From NCBI GenBank assembly GCA_031553805.1, contig JAVBLC010000007.1:8256-72255 (forward strand): a stretch of 64,000 nucleotides of DNA. The letters are read 5' to 3'. The stretch is from Rikenellaceae bacterium. Lineage in GTDB: Bacteria; Bacteroidota; Bacteroidia; Bacteroidales; Rikenellaceae. This document shows positions 1 to 9,491 of this stretch, piece after piece (position 1 is the first letter of the stretch; every line of letters starts with the position of its first letter). Under the pieces are notes generated by a model. That model had not been told where the DNA came from, made no database searches, and saw nothing but the letters and a program-made list of their open reading frames with translations. The translations under genes were made by a program, and so were the position numbers.

Positions 1-3
1 CGT

Positions 4-708
4 CTACCTTAGCAGAAAATCGAGGGTGCTGCCCGGTTCAAATTCAACCGGTTCCTGACCGTAACGGAACAGGCGCATCGGGCGCGGCCCGATCAGTTCC
101 ACACGGTCGCCCTCGACCCAAAGCATACACCCTTCGCGCAGGCCGGCCACCCACACATTGCGGTTGGCGGTGATGTACTCTTCAAGGCGCTGCTGGCGGG
201 TTTCGCCGGCGTGGCCTTCGGGATGGGCGTCGAGGTAGTGGGGATTGATCTGGAACGGCACCAGGCCCGTGGCATGGAAGGATCGAGGCTCGACGATCGG
301 CATATCGTTCGTCGTGCAGATCGTCGGGCAGGCCACGTTCGACCCGGCGCTCCAACCGACGAAAGGCACCCCTTCGGCCACGCGCTCGCGGATCACGTCG
401 ACCAGGCCCAGGTCCTGCATCTGCTTCAACAGGTGAAACGTATTGCCGCCGCCCACGACGATCGCTTCGGCCACGCGCAACGCTTCGGCCGGGTCGCCCG
501 TACGGTGGATCGAGTCGACCTTGATGTCGAAGTCCCAAAAGCGTTTTTGCACTTTTTCCTCGTATTCGTCATACGAGAAAGTGACCGCCGCATAAGGCAC
601 GAAAGCCACGTGGCGAACGCCTTTCAAAAATTCGCAGAGCTGTTCTTTCGGATGGGACAGGTAGGCTTCGCCCGCGTTGGTGGAGTTGCTGATCAGTAAG
701 AGTTTCAT
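4..708 (-). CDS. pepE: Dipeptidase E (peptidase family S51)
   Basis: 234-aa ORF with ATG at 708. S51 pattern: VGGGNTFHLL and the GWSAGSN nucleophile-Ser loop. Confidence 0.85.
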   Translation of the reverse strand: MKLLLISNSTNAGEAYLSHPKEQLCEFLKGVRHVAFVPYAAVTFSYDEYEEKVQKRFWDFDIKVDSIHRTGDPAEALRVAEAIVVGGGNTFHLLKQMQDLGLVDVIRERVAEGVPFVGWSAGSNVACPTICTTNDMPIVEPRSFHATGLVPFQINPHYLDAHPEGHAGETRQQRLEEYITANRNVWVAGLREGCMLWVEGDRVELIGPRPMRLFRYGQEPVEFEPGSTLDFLLR

Positions 709-819
709 ATTGGCAGTTTTTTCGTTGTTTTTTCGTTGTCGCTGTTTTTTTCGATGTAAAGTCGGAATCTCCGCGTGCCGGGAGGCACCCCGATCGGTTT
801 TACACCTTTATATATTAGG

Positions 820-1389
820 TCAGATTTTTGAGATTTCGCGCTCGACCACCAGCGGGAAAAATTTATGTTCCAGCGTGTGTATCTTGGCGGCCAGGGTGTC
901 GGGGGTGTCGTCGGGGGCGACCTCGACTTTCTCCTGCAACAGGATGTCGCCGCTGTCGTAGACCTCGTTCACGCGGTGGATGGTGATGCCCGACTCGCGT
1001 TCGCCGGCCTCGATCACGGCACGGTGCACCCGGTCGCCGTACATCCCCTTGCCTCCGTACTTGGGCAGCAGCGCCGGGTGGATATTAACGATGCGCCCCG
1101 GGTAGTCGCGCACCAACCCCGCGGGCACGAGCCACAGGAAACCCGCCAGCACAATGTAATCGACCGCATATTTCTGCAATAGCGCATCGACCCGCCCATT
1201 CACATAAAAATCGTCGCGGTCGAAAACCTCGGCCGGAACATCCAGCCGCTCCGCGCGTTCCAGCACGTAGGCATCAGGCCGGTTGGCCAGCACCACCGCC
1301 ACCCGCGCAAGGGGCGAACGTTCGAAATGACGGATGATCTGTTCGGCGTTACTCCCCGAACCCGAGGCAAAAATAGCTATATTTTTCAT
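820..1389 (-). CDS. purN: Phosphoribosylglycinamide formyltransferase
   Basis: 189 aa. GAR transformylase motifs GSGSNAEQI and NIHPALLPKYGGKGMYG. Confidence 0.9.
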   Translation of the reverse strand: MKNIAIFASGSGSNAEQIIRHFERSPLARVAVVLANRPDAYVLERAERLDVPAEVFDRDDFYVNGRVDALLQKYAVDYIVLAGFLWLVPAGLVRDYPGRIVNIHPALLPKYGGKGMYGDRVHRAVIEAGERESGITIHRVNEVYDSGDILLQEKVEVAPDDTPDTLAAKIHTLEHKFFPLVVEREISKI

Positions 1390-1521
1390 TCTCAGTTAAT
1401 TATTCGACACCACAACGGGCCTCAGGATAAAAATTCTTGGTTTAGTTGCCAAAGTTAATGGAATTTGTTTTACTTTTGCAGAAAATTCCCCGTCGGAAGA
1501 AAAGCTTTTTCCGGACGGGAA

Positions 1522-1529
1522 TAATTTTG
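1522..1529 (+). promoter_or_regulatory. Candidate -7 promoter box TAATTTTG for acpP-fabF-rnc
   Basis: Exact match to the Bacteroides -7 consensus TAnnTTTG, 45 nt upstream of the acpP ATG. It directly abuts an imperfect palindrome at 1486-1521. Confidence 0.4.
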
Positions 1530-1573
1530 AAATTAACCAAACGAAAATAATTGTCAAACTAAAACTTAAAGTT

Positions 1574-1810
1574 ATGTCGGAAATTTCGTCGAAAGTAGTA
1601 GAGATCGTAGTTGACAAACTGGGTGTTGACGCTGCTGAAGTAGTTCCCGCAGCCAGCTTCACGAACGACCTCGGCGCTGACTCGCTGGACACCGTTGAGC
1701 TGATCATGGAATTTGAAAAGGAATTCGAAATCTCGATCCCGGACGAAGACGCAGAAAAGATCACCTCGGTTGGCGATGCCATCACCTACATCGAGGCCAA
1801 GAAGAAATAA
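1574..1810 (+). CDS. acpP: Acyl carrier protein
   Basis: 78 aa. Phosphopantetheine attachment motif [16 protein letters not shown]. Followed directly by fabF. Confidence 0.95.
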   Translation: MSEISSKVVEIVVDKLGVDAAEVVPAASFTNDLGADSLDTVELIMEFEKEFEISIPDEDAEKITSVGDAITYIEAKKK

Positions 1811-1863
1811 GTTCTTTTGAACAGCGCAAGCAAATTTTGTTAACCCCACATTCGTAAGATTTT

Positions 1864-3111
1864 ATGGAAATGAGACGAGTTGTCGTAACCGGACTGGGAA
1901 CGATTAACCCCCTCGGTAACACAATCGAGGAATATTTCAATAACCTGGAAAAAGGCGTGAGCGGGGCCGGTGCGATCACCCATTTCGACGCATCGAACTT
2001 CAAAACAAGATTTGCCTGTGAGGTAAAGAATTACGACCCCAATAACCACTTCGACCGCAAGGAAGTGCGGAAGATCGACCTCTTCACCCAGTATGCACTG
2101 GTTGCCGTGAAGCAGGCGATGGAGGACTCGGGCCTCGACGTGGAAAAGATCGACCGCGACATGGCGGGCGTGATCTGGGGATCGGGAATCGGTGGACTGG
2201 AAACATTCTACCAAGAGGTAAAGGGTTTTGTCGAGGGTGGTTTCATTCCTCGATTTAACCCTTTCTTCATTCCCAAAATGATCGCCGACATCGCGGCGGG
2301 CCACATCTCGATGGCCTACGGGTTTCGCGGACCGAACTACTGTACGGTATCGGCCTGCGCTTCGTCGAACCACGCGATGATCGACGCAATGACCGCCATC
2401 CGCCTCGGACGCGCGGACATCATCATCGCCGGCGGCTCCGAAGCCTCGATCAACCCCCCGGGGGTGGGCGGCTTCAACGCGATGCAGGCGCTCTCGACCC
2501 GCAACGACGACCCGCAGACCGCCTCGCGCCCGTTCGACGTAGACCGCGACGGTTTCGTGATCGGCGAAGGGGCCGGCGCTCTCATTTTCGAAGAATATGA
2601 GCACGCCAAAGCCCGCGGAGCTAAAATCTATGCCGAAGTGCTCGGCGGCGGCATGAGCGGCGATGCCTACCACCTCACCGCCCCCCATCCCGAAGGGCTC
2701 GGCAACCGCAAATCGATGGCCGGTGCGATCAAAGACGCCGGCTTGACCCTGGAACAAATCGACTACGTCAACACCCACGGAACCTCGACTCCGGTCGGCG
2801 ACCCGGCTGAGTTGATGGGTATCCAGACCTTGTTCGGCGAACACGCCTACAAGATGAACATCAGCGCCACCAAATCGATGACCGGGCACCTGCTGGGTGC
2901 CGCCGGCGCGATCGAAGCGCAGTCGTCGATCATGGCCATCGTGCGTGGCGTAATCCCGCCGACGATCAACGTCCAGAACCTCGATCCGCAGATCGACCCC
3001 AAGCTGAACCTCACGCTGAACAAGGCACAAAAGCGCGACGTCAACTACGTGCTGAGTAACACTTTCGGCTTCGGCGGGCACAACGCATCGGTAGTATTCG
3101 GAAAGATCTAA
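1864..3111 (+). CDS. fabF: Beta-ketoacyl-ACP synthase II
   Basis: 415 aa. Active-site Cys in VSACASSNHA; His motifs NTHGTSTPVGD and KSMTGHLLGAAG. Confidence 0.95.
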   Translation: MEMRRVVVTGLGTINPLGNTIEEYFNNLEKGVSGAGAITHFDASNFKTRFACEVKNYDPNNHFDRKEVRKIDLFTQYALVAVKQAMEDSGLDVEKIDRDMAGVIWGSGIGGLETFYQEVKGFVEGGFIPRFNPFFIPKMIADIAAGHISMAYGFRGPNYCTVSACASSNHAMIDAMTAIRLGRADIIIAGGSEASINPPGVGGFNAMQALSTRNDDPQTASRPFDVDRDGFVIGEGAGALIFEEYEHAKARGAKIYAEVLGGGMSGDAYHLTAPHPEGLGNRKSMAGAIKDAGLTLEQIDYVNTHGTSTPVGDPAELMGIQTLFGEHAYKMNISATKSMTGHLLGAAGAIEAQSSIMAIVRGVIPPTINVQNLDPQIDPKLNLTLNKAQKRDVNYVLSNTFGFGGHNASVVFGKI

Positions 3112-3121
3112 CCTTTTTGTC

Positions 3122-3922
3122 GTGCGCATATCGATACTTCGCTGGTTCAAACGCCGCGCGAGCGGTGACAGGAAGTATTATGCCCTGCTGAAAGCCCTTT
3201 TTGGCTTCACGCCCCACAACATCGAACTTTACAAACTGGCGCTGGTCCACCGGTCGGCTTCGGTCGTACTCGACGACGGCACCCCGATCAACAACGAACG
3301 CCTCGAATTCCTGGGAGACGCGATCCTTGAATCGATCGTGTCCGATTTCCTGTTCATCGAGTTTCCGAACAAGAACGAGGGGTTCCTGACCCAGATGCGT
3401 TCGAAGATCGTCAGCCGCGTTTCGCTCAACGAAATCGCCCTGCACATTGGCCTCGACAAGCACATCATCGTCCAGTACAGCAACAACCACATCCAGAAAC
3501 ACCTCTACGGCGACGCCCTCGAAGCGATGATCGGCGCAATGTACCTCGACAAGGGATATGACTTTGTCAATCGACTGGTCATCAACAACATTCTGCGTAA
3601 GAACGTAAACCTCCACAAGATGATGCAGGAGGAGAACGACTACAAGAGCCGCCTGATCGAATGGTGCCAGAAACACCGGAGCGAACTGATCTTTTCGACC
3701 CATCCCTCGCCGCGATCGAACGACCACCATCCGTCGTTCGTTTGCACGACGGCGGTCGACGGACTGGCACTGGGCGAAGGCGAAGGCGCGTCGAAAAAAG
3801 AGGCCGAACAGATGGCTGCCCAACAAGCGCTGTCAGCGCTCAAAAAACACCGGGAACCGACTGGAGATGAAACAATTCCGGCCGAGCACATCCTGCCGGC
3901 GGGGACCAAATTGCCCTCCTGA
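3122..3922 (+). CDS. rnc: Ribonuclease III
   Basis: RNase III signature ERLEFLGDA and a C-terminal dsRBD (GEGEGASKKEAEQMAAQQAL). GTG start 11 nt after the fabF stop, so the start is uncertain. Confidence 0.85.
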   Translation: MRISILRWFKRRASGDRKYYALLKALFGFTPHNIELYKLALVHRSASVVLDDGTPINNERLEFLGDAILESIVSDFLFIEFPNKNEGFLTQMRSKIVSRVSLNEIALHIGLDKHIIVQYSNNHIQKHLYGDALEAMIGAMYLDKGYDFVNRLVINNILRKNVNLHKMMQEENDYKSRLIEWCQKHRSELIFSTHPSPRSNDHHPSFVCTTAVDGLALGEGEGASKKEAEQMAAQQALSALKKHREPTGDETIPAEHILPAGTKLPS

Positions 3923-3967
3923 CCCATCCGTGCCGGTTTTTTCATCCCGGCCCCTACTCTCGCTTGT

Positions 3968-4681
3968 ATGAAATCTGCTGTCTTTGAAAAGAACCTGGCG
4001 ACTCTCCCAGTAAACGGAGAAGAGAGCGACGCGGCCGTGCGCGAAAAGTTGCTGGCACGCGGAACCGGAGCGCTCACCGACGAGGAATTGCTGAGTGTGG
4101 TGCTCCGCGAAGGGGGAAAAGATCTTTCGGCATTGGAGGTGTCCCGCGAGTTGCTGACACGCCACAACGGCTCGCTGGCCGAGCTTTCGCTGGCGGGGCT
4201 TTCCGAATTGCGGATGGTGCGGGGGATGAACCTCGGCCGGGCGGCGGTAGTTGCGGCGGCGATGGAATTGGGGCGGCGGCGCAAAGCCGAAGAGGCGCTC
4301 GCAATCGAAAACGTGTCGAGCAACGACGAGGTGGTGGCGCTATTCAAACCGCTGTTGGCAGGGTTGCCTCACGAGGAGTTTTGGGCGGTGTACCTCGGAC
4401 CGTCGAACCGGATTCTGGAGAAAGTGAAGATCGGACAAGGGGGAACGGCTGGCGTAGTGGTTGATTATAAACTGATTGTCAAACGGGCACTGGACCGGCT
4501 GGCGTCGTCGATGATCGTGGTACATAACCATCCCTCGGGGAATCCGTCGCCGGGCGAGAGCGACCGGATGCTGACCGAGCGGCTGCGTGCGGCCGCCGAA
4601 CTGTTCGATATCAGGCTGTTAGACCATGTGATCGTTACGCCGGGCGAGTCATTCAGTTTCCGCGCCGAGGGCCTCCTCTAA
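3968..4681 (+). CDS. radC: RadC-family JAMM/MPN+ protein
   Basis: 237 aa. C-terminal JAMM motif VVHNHPSGNPSPGESD and an HhH-like N-terminus. Confidence 0.85.
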   Translation: MKSAVFEKNLATLPVNGEESDAAVREKLLARGTGALTDEELLSVVLREGGKDLSALEVSRELLTRHNGSLAELSLAGLSELRMVRGMNLGRAAVVAAAMELGRRRKAEEALAIENVSSNDEVVALFKPLLAGLPHEEFWAVYLGPSNRILEKVKIGQGGTAGVVVDYKLIVKRALDRLASSMIVVHNHPSGNPSPGESDRMLTERLRAAAELFDIRLLDHVIVTPGESFSFRAEGLL

Positions 4682-4711
4682 TCTTCCCCGCAACCGTTTT
4701 AAAGCAGAGCC

Positions 4712-4921
4712 CCTCTCAGGAAAGCAAAGCTTTCTCCAAGCATTTTCAACTCCGCTGAACTCGCCTGTCTTCGGCGACCTCGGTTGGTACCGCTTTTTAT
4801 AAAAAGCGGTATTTTCCTCGGCGCAGCCCAAGCGTGGTACTACCTTTCCCTGAAATTTTTGCTACTCTGTTTTGAGAGAGGTAACCTTCCATGGCATAAA
4901 AGTCCCTCGTGTGTGGGCCCC
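4712..4921 (-). repeat. Dispersed structured intergenic repeat, copy A (inverted relative to the copy at 55321-55550)
   Basis: The reverse complement aligns by eye with 55321-55550. Shared blocks: ggccc.c.cac.ag.ga.ttttatgc..tggaagg, the 18-nt palindrome cgctttttataaaaagcg (4792-4809), caaccgaggt.gcc, ggcgag.tca and gctttcct. Confidence 0.8.
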
Positions 4922-5003
4922 AAAAAGAGCGACTGCGGATTTTAAAAATCCGAAAAAAATCGCTAATTTTCGTCGGTCTATCCCAAACGAAAGCCTCATT
5001 CCA

Positions 5004-7403
5004 ATGAAAAAAATATTTTTCGCCATAGCTGTCGTCTTGCTGCTGGCCGCGTGTTCTTCGCGTCCGGAATCCAACCTGAAACTGTGGTTTGACACCCCGG
5101 CCGAGTATTTCGAAGAGAGCCTCGTGCTGGGCAACGGACGTCTCGGCGCAACGGTCTACGGCGGCGTGGAGTCGGACCGGATCGACCTGAACGACATCAC
5201 CCTCTGGTCGGGCGGCCCGGTGGCCGAGCACGTCAATCCCGATGCTTACAAACTCATTCCGGACATCCGTCGGGCGCTCGCGAACGAAGATTACCGCCTG
5301 GCCGACGAACTGAGCAAGGGGCGACAGGGCAATTTCTGCCAATCCTATGCACCCGTCGGGACGATGCGCCTCGATTTCCACCACAGCGACGAAGCCCAAA
5401 AATACTACCGCGAGTTAGACCTCGACCGCGCCCTTTCAACCACACGCTACACCGTCGACGGCGTGGAATACGTGCGCGAATATTTCGTGTCGTACCCCGA
5501 TCAGGTAGTGGTAGTCAAGATCACCGCCAGCCGGCCCGGGGCGCTCGATTTCGACGTGCGTTTCGAAAGCCCGCTGCGCCACGCGACCCTGGCGTTCAAC
5601 CAGTGCATCGAAACGAACGGCCATGCCCCCTATCACGCCGAACCGTCTTACCGCAAAGTCGACGATCCGGTCCGTTTCGACCCGTCACAGGGCACGCGCT
5701 TCTCGTCGCTCGTCCAGGTCAAGGTCGACGAGGGAAAGGTCGTGGCGAGCGACACCACGTTGAGCGTGCGCGGAGCGACCGAAGCCGTGGTTTTCGCTTC
5801 GATCGCCACCAGTTTCAACGGTTTCGACCGTAATCCCGTCACTGACGGCGCCGACTTCCAGGCCCTTGCCGCAGAACGGATGAACGGGGCTTTTTCGAAG
5901 ACGTATTCGATGCTTAAAAAAGCCCACATCGAAGACTACCAGTCGTTTTTCCGCCGCGTATCACTCGCATTGGGCAACACCCCCGCCCCGAAACTGCCCA
6001 CCGGCGAACGGCTGAAACGCTACACCGAAGGAGCGGCCGATCCGGCGCTCGAAGCGCTCTACTTCCAATACGGACGGTACCTGCTGATCGCTTCGTCGCG
6101 CACGCCGGGCGTGCCTGCCAACCTGCAGGGATTGTGGAATCCATACGTCCGTCCGCCGTGGAGCTGCAACTACACGGTCAACGTCAACCTCGAGGAGAAC
6201 TATTGGCTGGCCGAAAACACCAACCTGTCCGAGATGCACGAGCCGCTGATGACGTTCCTCGAAAACCTCGCCCAAACGGGCGAAACCACCGCCCGCGACT
6301 ACTTCGGCACCCGCGGTTGGGCCGCCGGGCACAATTCCGACATCTGGGCGATGAGCAACCCGGCCGGCGACTTCGGCTGGGGCAATCCCGTGTGGGCCGA
6401 ATGGGGCATGGGCGGCGTGTGGTTAGCCACCCACCTGTGGGAACATTTTTCGTATGGGAGGGATACCGCTTTCTTGCGCGAGAAAGGGTATCCGCTGATG
6501 AAAGGCGCGGCCCGTTTCTGCCTCGACTATTTGATCGAAGGGCCGGACAGTACGCTGATCACTTCGCCCTCGACCTCGCCGGAATGCGACTACCTGTTGC
6601 CCGACGGTTACAAGGGCTCGGTGAGCTACGGCGCGACCTCGGACCTGGCGTTGATGCGCGAACTTTTTGCCCACGTGATCGCGTCGTGCGAGGTATTGGG
6701 CATCGACCCGGACTTTGCCGCTGAAACCCGGACGGCTCTCGACCGGCTGCGTCCCTATAAGATCGGCGCCGAGGGCAACCTACAGGAGTGGTACCACGAC
6801 TGGGCGATGGCCGAACCGGCCCACCGCCACACCTCGCATCTGATCGGCCTCTACCCCGGCAACCACATTTCGCCCGCCGCTACGCCCGCCTTGGCCGAGG
6901 CCTGCCGCCGCACCCTCGAGTTGCGCGGCGACGACGCCACGGGTTGGGCCATGGGTTGGCGCATCAACCTGTGGGCACGCCTGGGCGACGGCAACCACGC
7001 CTACAAAATGTACCGCCGGTTGCTGCAATTCGTGCCGCCCGACGGTGCACAAATCGAAGGGTTTAAGTTTGTCGGGGGGACATATCCAAACCTTTTCGAC
7101 GCGCATCCGCCTTTCCAAATCGACGGTAATTTCGGCGCTGCGGCCGGTGTGGCCGAGATGCTGATGCAGTCCGATGGAGCGTCGATCCGCCTGCTCCCCG
7201 CCCTGCCCGACGCGTGGGACCGGGGGGCGGTCAGCGGTCTTTGCGCCCGCGGCGGGTTCGAAGTGTCGTTGGCATGGAAAGACCACCGGCTAGGACAAGT
7301 CGAGGTCTATTCGAAAACCGGCGGAAAAACCCGGCTGATCTGTGGCGAAACGTCGCGCGAAATCGTTCTGAAACCGGGCGAACGACAAAAGCTCAGTTGG
7401 TAA
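5004..7403 (+). CDS. Glycoside hydrolase family 95 (alpha-L-fucosidase-like) lipoprotein
   Basis: Track ORF 4872-7403 trimmed to ATG 5004, which opens the lipoprotein signal MKKIFFAIAVVLLLAACSS. GH95-type motifs KLWFDTPAEYFEESLVLGNGRLGA and ANLQGLWNP..NYTVNVNLEENYW. Confidence 0.9.
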   Translation: MKKIFFAIAVVLLLAACSSRPESNLKLWFDTPAEYFEESLVLGNGRLGATVYGGVESDRIDLNDITLWSGGPVAEHVNPDAYKLIPDIRRALANEDYRLADELSKGRQGNFCQSYAPVGTMRLDFHHSDEAQKYYRELDLDRALSTTRYTVDGVEYVREYFVSYPDQVVVVKITASRPGALDFDVRFESPLRHATLAFNQCIETNGHAPYHAEPSYRKVDDPVRFDPSQGTRFSSLVQVKVDEGKVVASDTTLSVRGATEAVVFASIATSFNGFDRNPVTDGADFQALAAERMNGAFSKTYSMLKKAHIEDYQSFFRRVSLALGNTPAPKLPTGERLKRYTEGAADPALEALYFQYGRYLLIASSRTPGVPANLQGLWNPYVRPPWSCNYTVNVNLEENYWLAENTNLSEMHEPLMTFLENLAQTGETTARDYFGTRGWAAGHNSDIWAMSNPAGDFGWGNPVWAEWGMGGVWLATHLWEHFSYGRDTAFLREKGYPLMKGAARFCLDYLIEGPDSTLITSPSTSPECDYLLPDGYKGSVSYGATSDLALMRELFAHVIASCEVLGIDPDFAAETRTALDRLRPYKIGAEGNLQEWYHDWAMAEPAHRHTSHLIGLYPGNHISPAATPALAEACRRTLELRGDDATGWAMGWRINLWARLGDGNHAYKMYRRLLQFVPPDGAQIEGFKFVGGTYPNLFDAHPPFQIDGNFGAAAGVAEMLMQSDGASIRLLPALPDAWDRGAVSGLCARGGFEVSLAWKDHRLGQVEVYSKTGGKTRLICGETSREIVLKPGERQKLSW

Positions 7404-7511
7404 GTTTTTTCATTTACACCCGGCCAAGCGTGCAAAATCGCTGCAAAATTTGAATTTTGCGAAAAAGTGGCTACCTTCGCACCTCCTGAATCAGGCACAG
7501 GTTCAGGTTTT

Positions 7512-7586
7512 CGGGGTGTAGCGCAGTCCGGTTAGCGCATCTGCTTTGGGAGCAGAGGGTCGTGGGTTCGAATCCCGCTACCCCGA
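7512..7586 (+). tRNA. tRNA-Pro (anticodon UGG)
   Basis: 75-nt cloverleaf folded by hand: acceptor CGGGGTG/TACCCCG, D arm GCGC..GCGC, anticodon stem TCTGC/GCAGA with loop TTTGGGA, T arm GTGGG-TTCGAAT-CCCGC. CCA is not encoded. Confidence 0.9.
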
Positions 7587-7587
7587 C

Positions 7588-7719
7588 AAGACAAAAACAG
7601 GAAAAGGGCTCTCGAAGAGAGCTCTTTTTTCATAGATGCGTCGGCTTCAAGCTCGCTTGGAAGCTGGCGCGTTTATGAAAAAAGAGTACCCCGCAGGGAC
7701 CTTTTCCTGTTTTTGTCTT
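7588..7719. repeat. 132-nt nested palindrome abutting the tRNA-Pro 3' end
   Basis: Perfect 20-bp inverted repeat aagacaaaaacaggaaaagg (7588-7607) / ccttttcctgtttttgtctt (7700-7719). It encloses a perfect 13-bp inverted repeat (7622-7634 / 7674-7686). Confidence 0.85.
7606..7630 (+). terminator. Intrinsic terminator after tRNA-Pro
   Basis: Hairpin GGGCTCTC-GAA-GAGAGCTC followed by TTTTTT. Confidence 0.6.
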
Positions 7720-7790
7720 TAGTCACCCCCACCGGCGATCACCGCAGCGCAGCGGAGGTAATCCCAAGGCAAACAGGGATCCCACAAAAG

Positions 7791-7827
7791 AAAGAACGGC
7801 AGCTTTTGTAAAAAGCTGCCGTTCTTT
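7791..7827 (-). terminator. Terminator hairpin downstream of the lyase gene
   Basis: aaagaacggcagctttt-gt-aaaaagctgccgttcttt, about 17-bp arms, 23 nt past the stop at 7850. A T-rich tract follows on the minus strand. It belongs to the T5/A5-centred palindrome family. Confidence 0.6.
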
Positions 7828-7849
7828 ATCTGTATACTCAAGGCCAAAA

Positions 7850-9298
7850 TCAAAGGCTATCGCCAAAATCCTGACGGAATTTCTCAACGAGGCGGGCGGG
7901 CCAGTCGGTGGTGGCTTCGAGGCCCCCCATAAAGAAGCGGAGCACGGGCGGTTCGTAAGTAAAGCGAAGACCGCCGATAAGTTTGCGGTTGTCCCAGAGC
8001 CATTCCATGCGGTCGATCACGTAGTCGATCTGCGACCGGGTGAAGACGCGGCGGGGAACGGCAAGACGAAGCAACTCGACGTCGGCAAGAATTTCGTCGC
8101 CGTTTTCGTCACGGACGCTAGAAATCGTACCGCGCTCCATCCCGCGTACACCCGAGATGAGGTAGAACGCAGCGGCAAGGGCGCCGGCAGGATATTCGCG
8201 CTGGTCGAGGTGAGAGCAGAATGCCATCGCGTCAACGTGGCAGCCGAGCACGCCCGGAGGAGTTACGACCGGAATGCCGCGTTTTTCGAGTTCGCGCACA
8301 CAATATTCGATAAACCGCGGGCTCTGGCTGATCATCGTTTCGTCGAGCGTTTCACGCAAGCCGACGGCCATCGCTTCGATTTCGCGGACCGAGATACCGC
8401 CGTAGGTCAAGAAACCTTCGAAGAGCGGAATGAGCGCCTCCATCTTCTGGTAAAGGTCGTGGCGGTTGGTACAGATGCCACCCCCACGCGAAGAGCTGAG
8501 CTTGCGGGCCGAGAAGTAAACGAGGTCGGCCAGGCCGGTCATCATGCGGATGATGTCGCCCAACGAGTTTTCTTTCCATTCCTTTTCACGCTGTTGCACC
8601 AGGTAGGCGTTTTCGCCCAGCAAACTGGCATCGAGTACGAGCATAATGCCATATTTGTCAGCCACGCGGCGCACATCCATCATGTTACTCACCGAAAAAG
8701 GCTGCCCGCCGATGAGGTTGGTCGAGGCTTCCATCCGGATGAAAGGGATGTTCGCCGCACCGTTTTCTTCGATGCACTTGATAAGCTTATCGATGTCGAT
8801 ATTGCCCTTAAACGGATTCTCGGATTTGATCTGCAGCGCATCGTCATAAAGCAATTCAGCGATCTTTCCGCCGTTTTCCGTAATATGGGCCAAGGCCGTC
8901 GTAAAGTGGTAGTTCATCGGGATGACATTACCCGGCTTGATGAACGTGCGCGAAATCACATTCTCGGCCGCGCGTCCCTGGTGGACGTGCAGCAGGTATT
9001 TTTTTCCCAGCACCTCTTCGACCGCCTGTTGCAAGCGCACGAAGCTCTGTGAGCCGGCATAGGCGTCGTCGGCCTGGAACATCGCAGCCACCTGATTGTC
9101 GCTCATGGCGTTGGTACCGCTGTCAGTCAACATATCGAGGAAAACGTCGTGGGTACTCAGGCGGAAGGTATTGAACCCGGCCTCTTTGATCGCATCCAGG
9201 CGCCGCTGGATTGGCACCAGGTGGAGTTTCTGGACTACGCGCACCTTGTGCAGCTCGAGAGGAATGTCCACCCCTTTGTAAAACTTGACTTTAGCCAT
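7850..9298 (-). CDS. PLP-dependent beta-eliminating lyase (tryptophanase / tyrosine phenol-lyase family)
   Basis: 482 aa. Family motifs DMLTDSGTNAMS and HQGRAAE, with the PLP-Lys context FSARKLSSSRGGG. Substrate (Trp versus Tyr) cannot be decided by eye. Confidence 0.8.
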   Translation of the reverse strand: MAKVKFYKGVDIPLELHKVRVVQKLHLVPIQRRLDAIKEAGFNTFRLSTHDVFLDMLTDSGTNAMSDNQVAAMFQADDAYAGSQSFVRLQQAVEEVLGKKYLLHVHQGRAAENVISRTFIKPGNVIPMNYHFTTALAHITENGGKIAELLYDDALQIKSENPFKGNIDIDKLIKCIEENGAANIPFIRMEASTNLIGGQPFSVSNMMDVRRVADKYGIMLVLDASLLGENAYLVQQREKEWKENSLGDIIRMMTGLADLVYFSARKLSSSRGGGICTNRHDLYQKMEALIPLFEGFLTYGGISVREIEAMAVGLRETLDETMISQSPRFIEYCVRELEKRGIPVVTPPGVLGCHVDAMAFCSHLDQREYPAGALAAAFYLISGVRGMERGTISSVRDENGDEILADVELLRLAVPRRVFTRSQIDYVIDRMEWLWDNRKLIGGLRFTYEPPVLRFFMGGLEATTDWPARLVEKFRQDFGDSL

Positions 9299-9330
9299 AT
9301 CATTTGATTTTTAAGGACTTTTCGCTCTTG

Positions 9331-9338
9331 CAAAAATA
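9331..9338 (-). promoter_or_regulatory. Candidate -7 box TATTTTTG for the lyase gene
   Basis: TAnnTTTG match on the minus strand, 33 nt upstream of the ATG at 9298. Confidence 0.4.
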
Positions 9339-9444
9339 TAATTTACTGTTAAAAAAACAAATTCAGTCGACATTATTTAACAAACAAGTTCTTTTCTGTA
9401 AATTACCTTTAGGAGGAGCGTGTTGCAGATCCAGAAAAAAGCGT

Positions 9445-9452
9445 TAATTTTG
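9445..9452 (+). promoter_or_regulatory. Candidate -7 box TAATTTTG for the TlpA-like gene
   Basis: TAnnTTTG match 40 nt upstream of the ATG at 9492. Confidence 0.4.
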
Positions 9453-9491
9453 TTCGTTTAAACACAGCACCCGCTTAGCCAACCAAGAACA

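Noticed and set aside
775-788. Shared 17-mer gggtgcctcccggcac (GTGCC-N4-GGCAC palindrome) upstream of pepE (775-788) and, in inverted orientation, upstream of the isomerase gene (23680-23693), with a partial third match near 49730
   Set aside because: A single exact 16-17-mer repeat on either strand within 64 kb of GC-rich DNA is not far from chance expectation by a rough estimate. The two genes are functionally unrelated and the third match covers only half the site. This is not enough to claim a regulatory motif.
7443-7479. Palindrome gcaaaatt-tg-aattttgc plus TTTG-N19-TACCTTCG upstream of tRNA-Pro as a tRNA promoter or GH95 terminator
   Set aside because: The -7 element is imperfect (C in place of T) and the hairpin lacks a T-run. 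It is plausible but too weak to annotate.
7850-9298. Naming the lyase tnaA (tryptophanase)
   Set aside because: The beta-eliminating lyase fold is clear. Tryptophanase and tyrosine phenol-lyase cannot be separated by eye, and this sequence is diverged from both with a C-terminal extension. The gene symbol was withheld.
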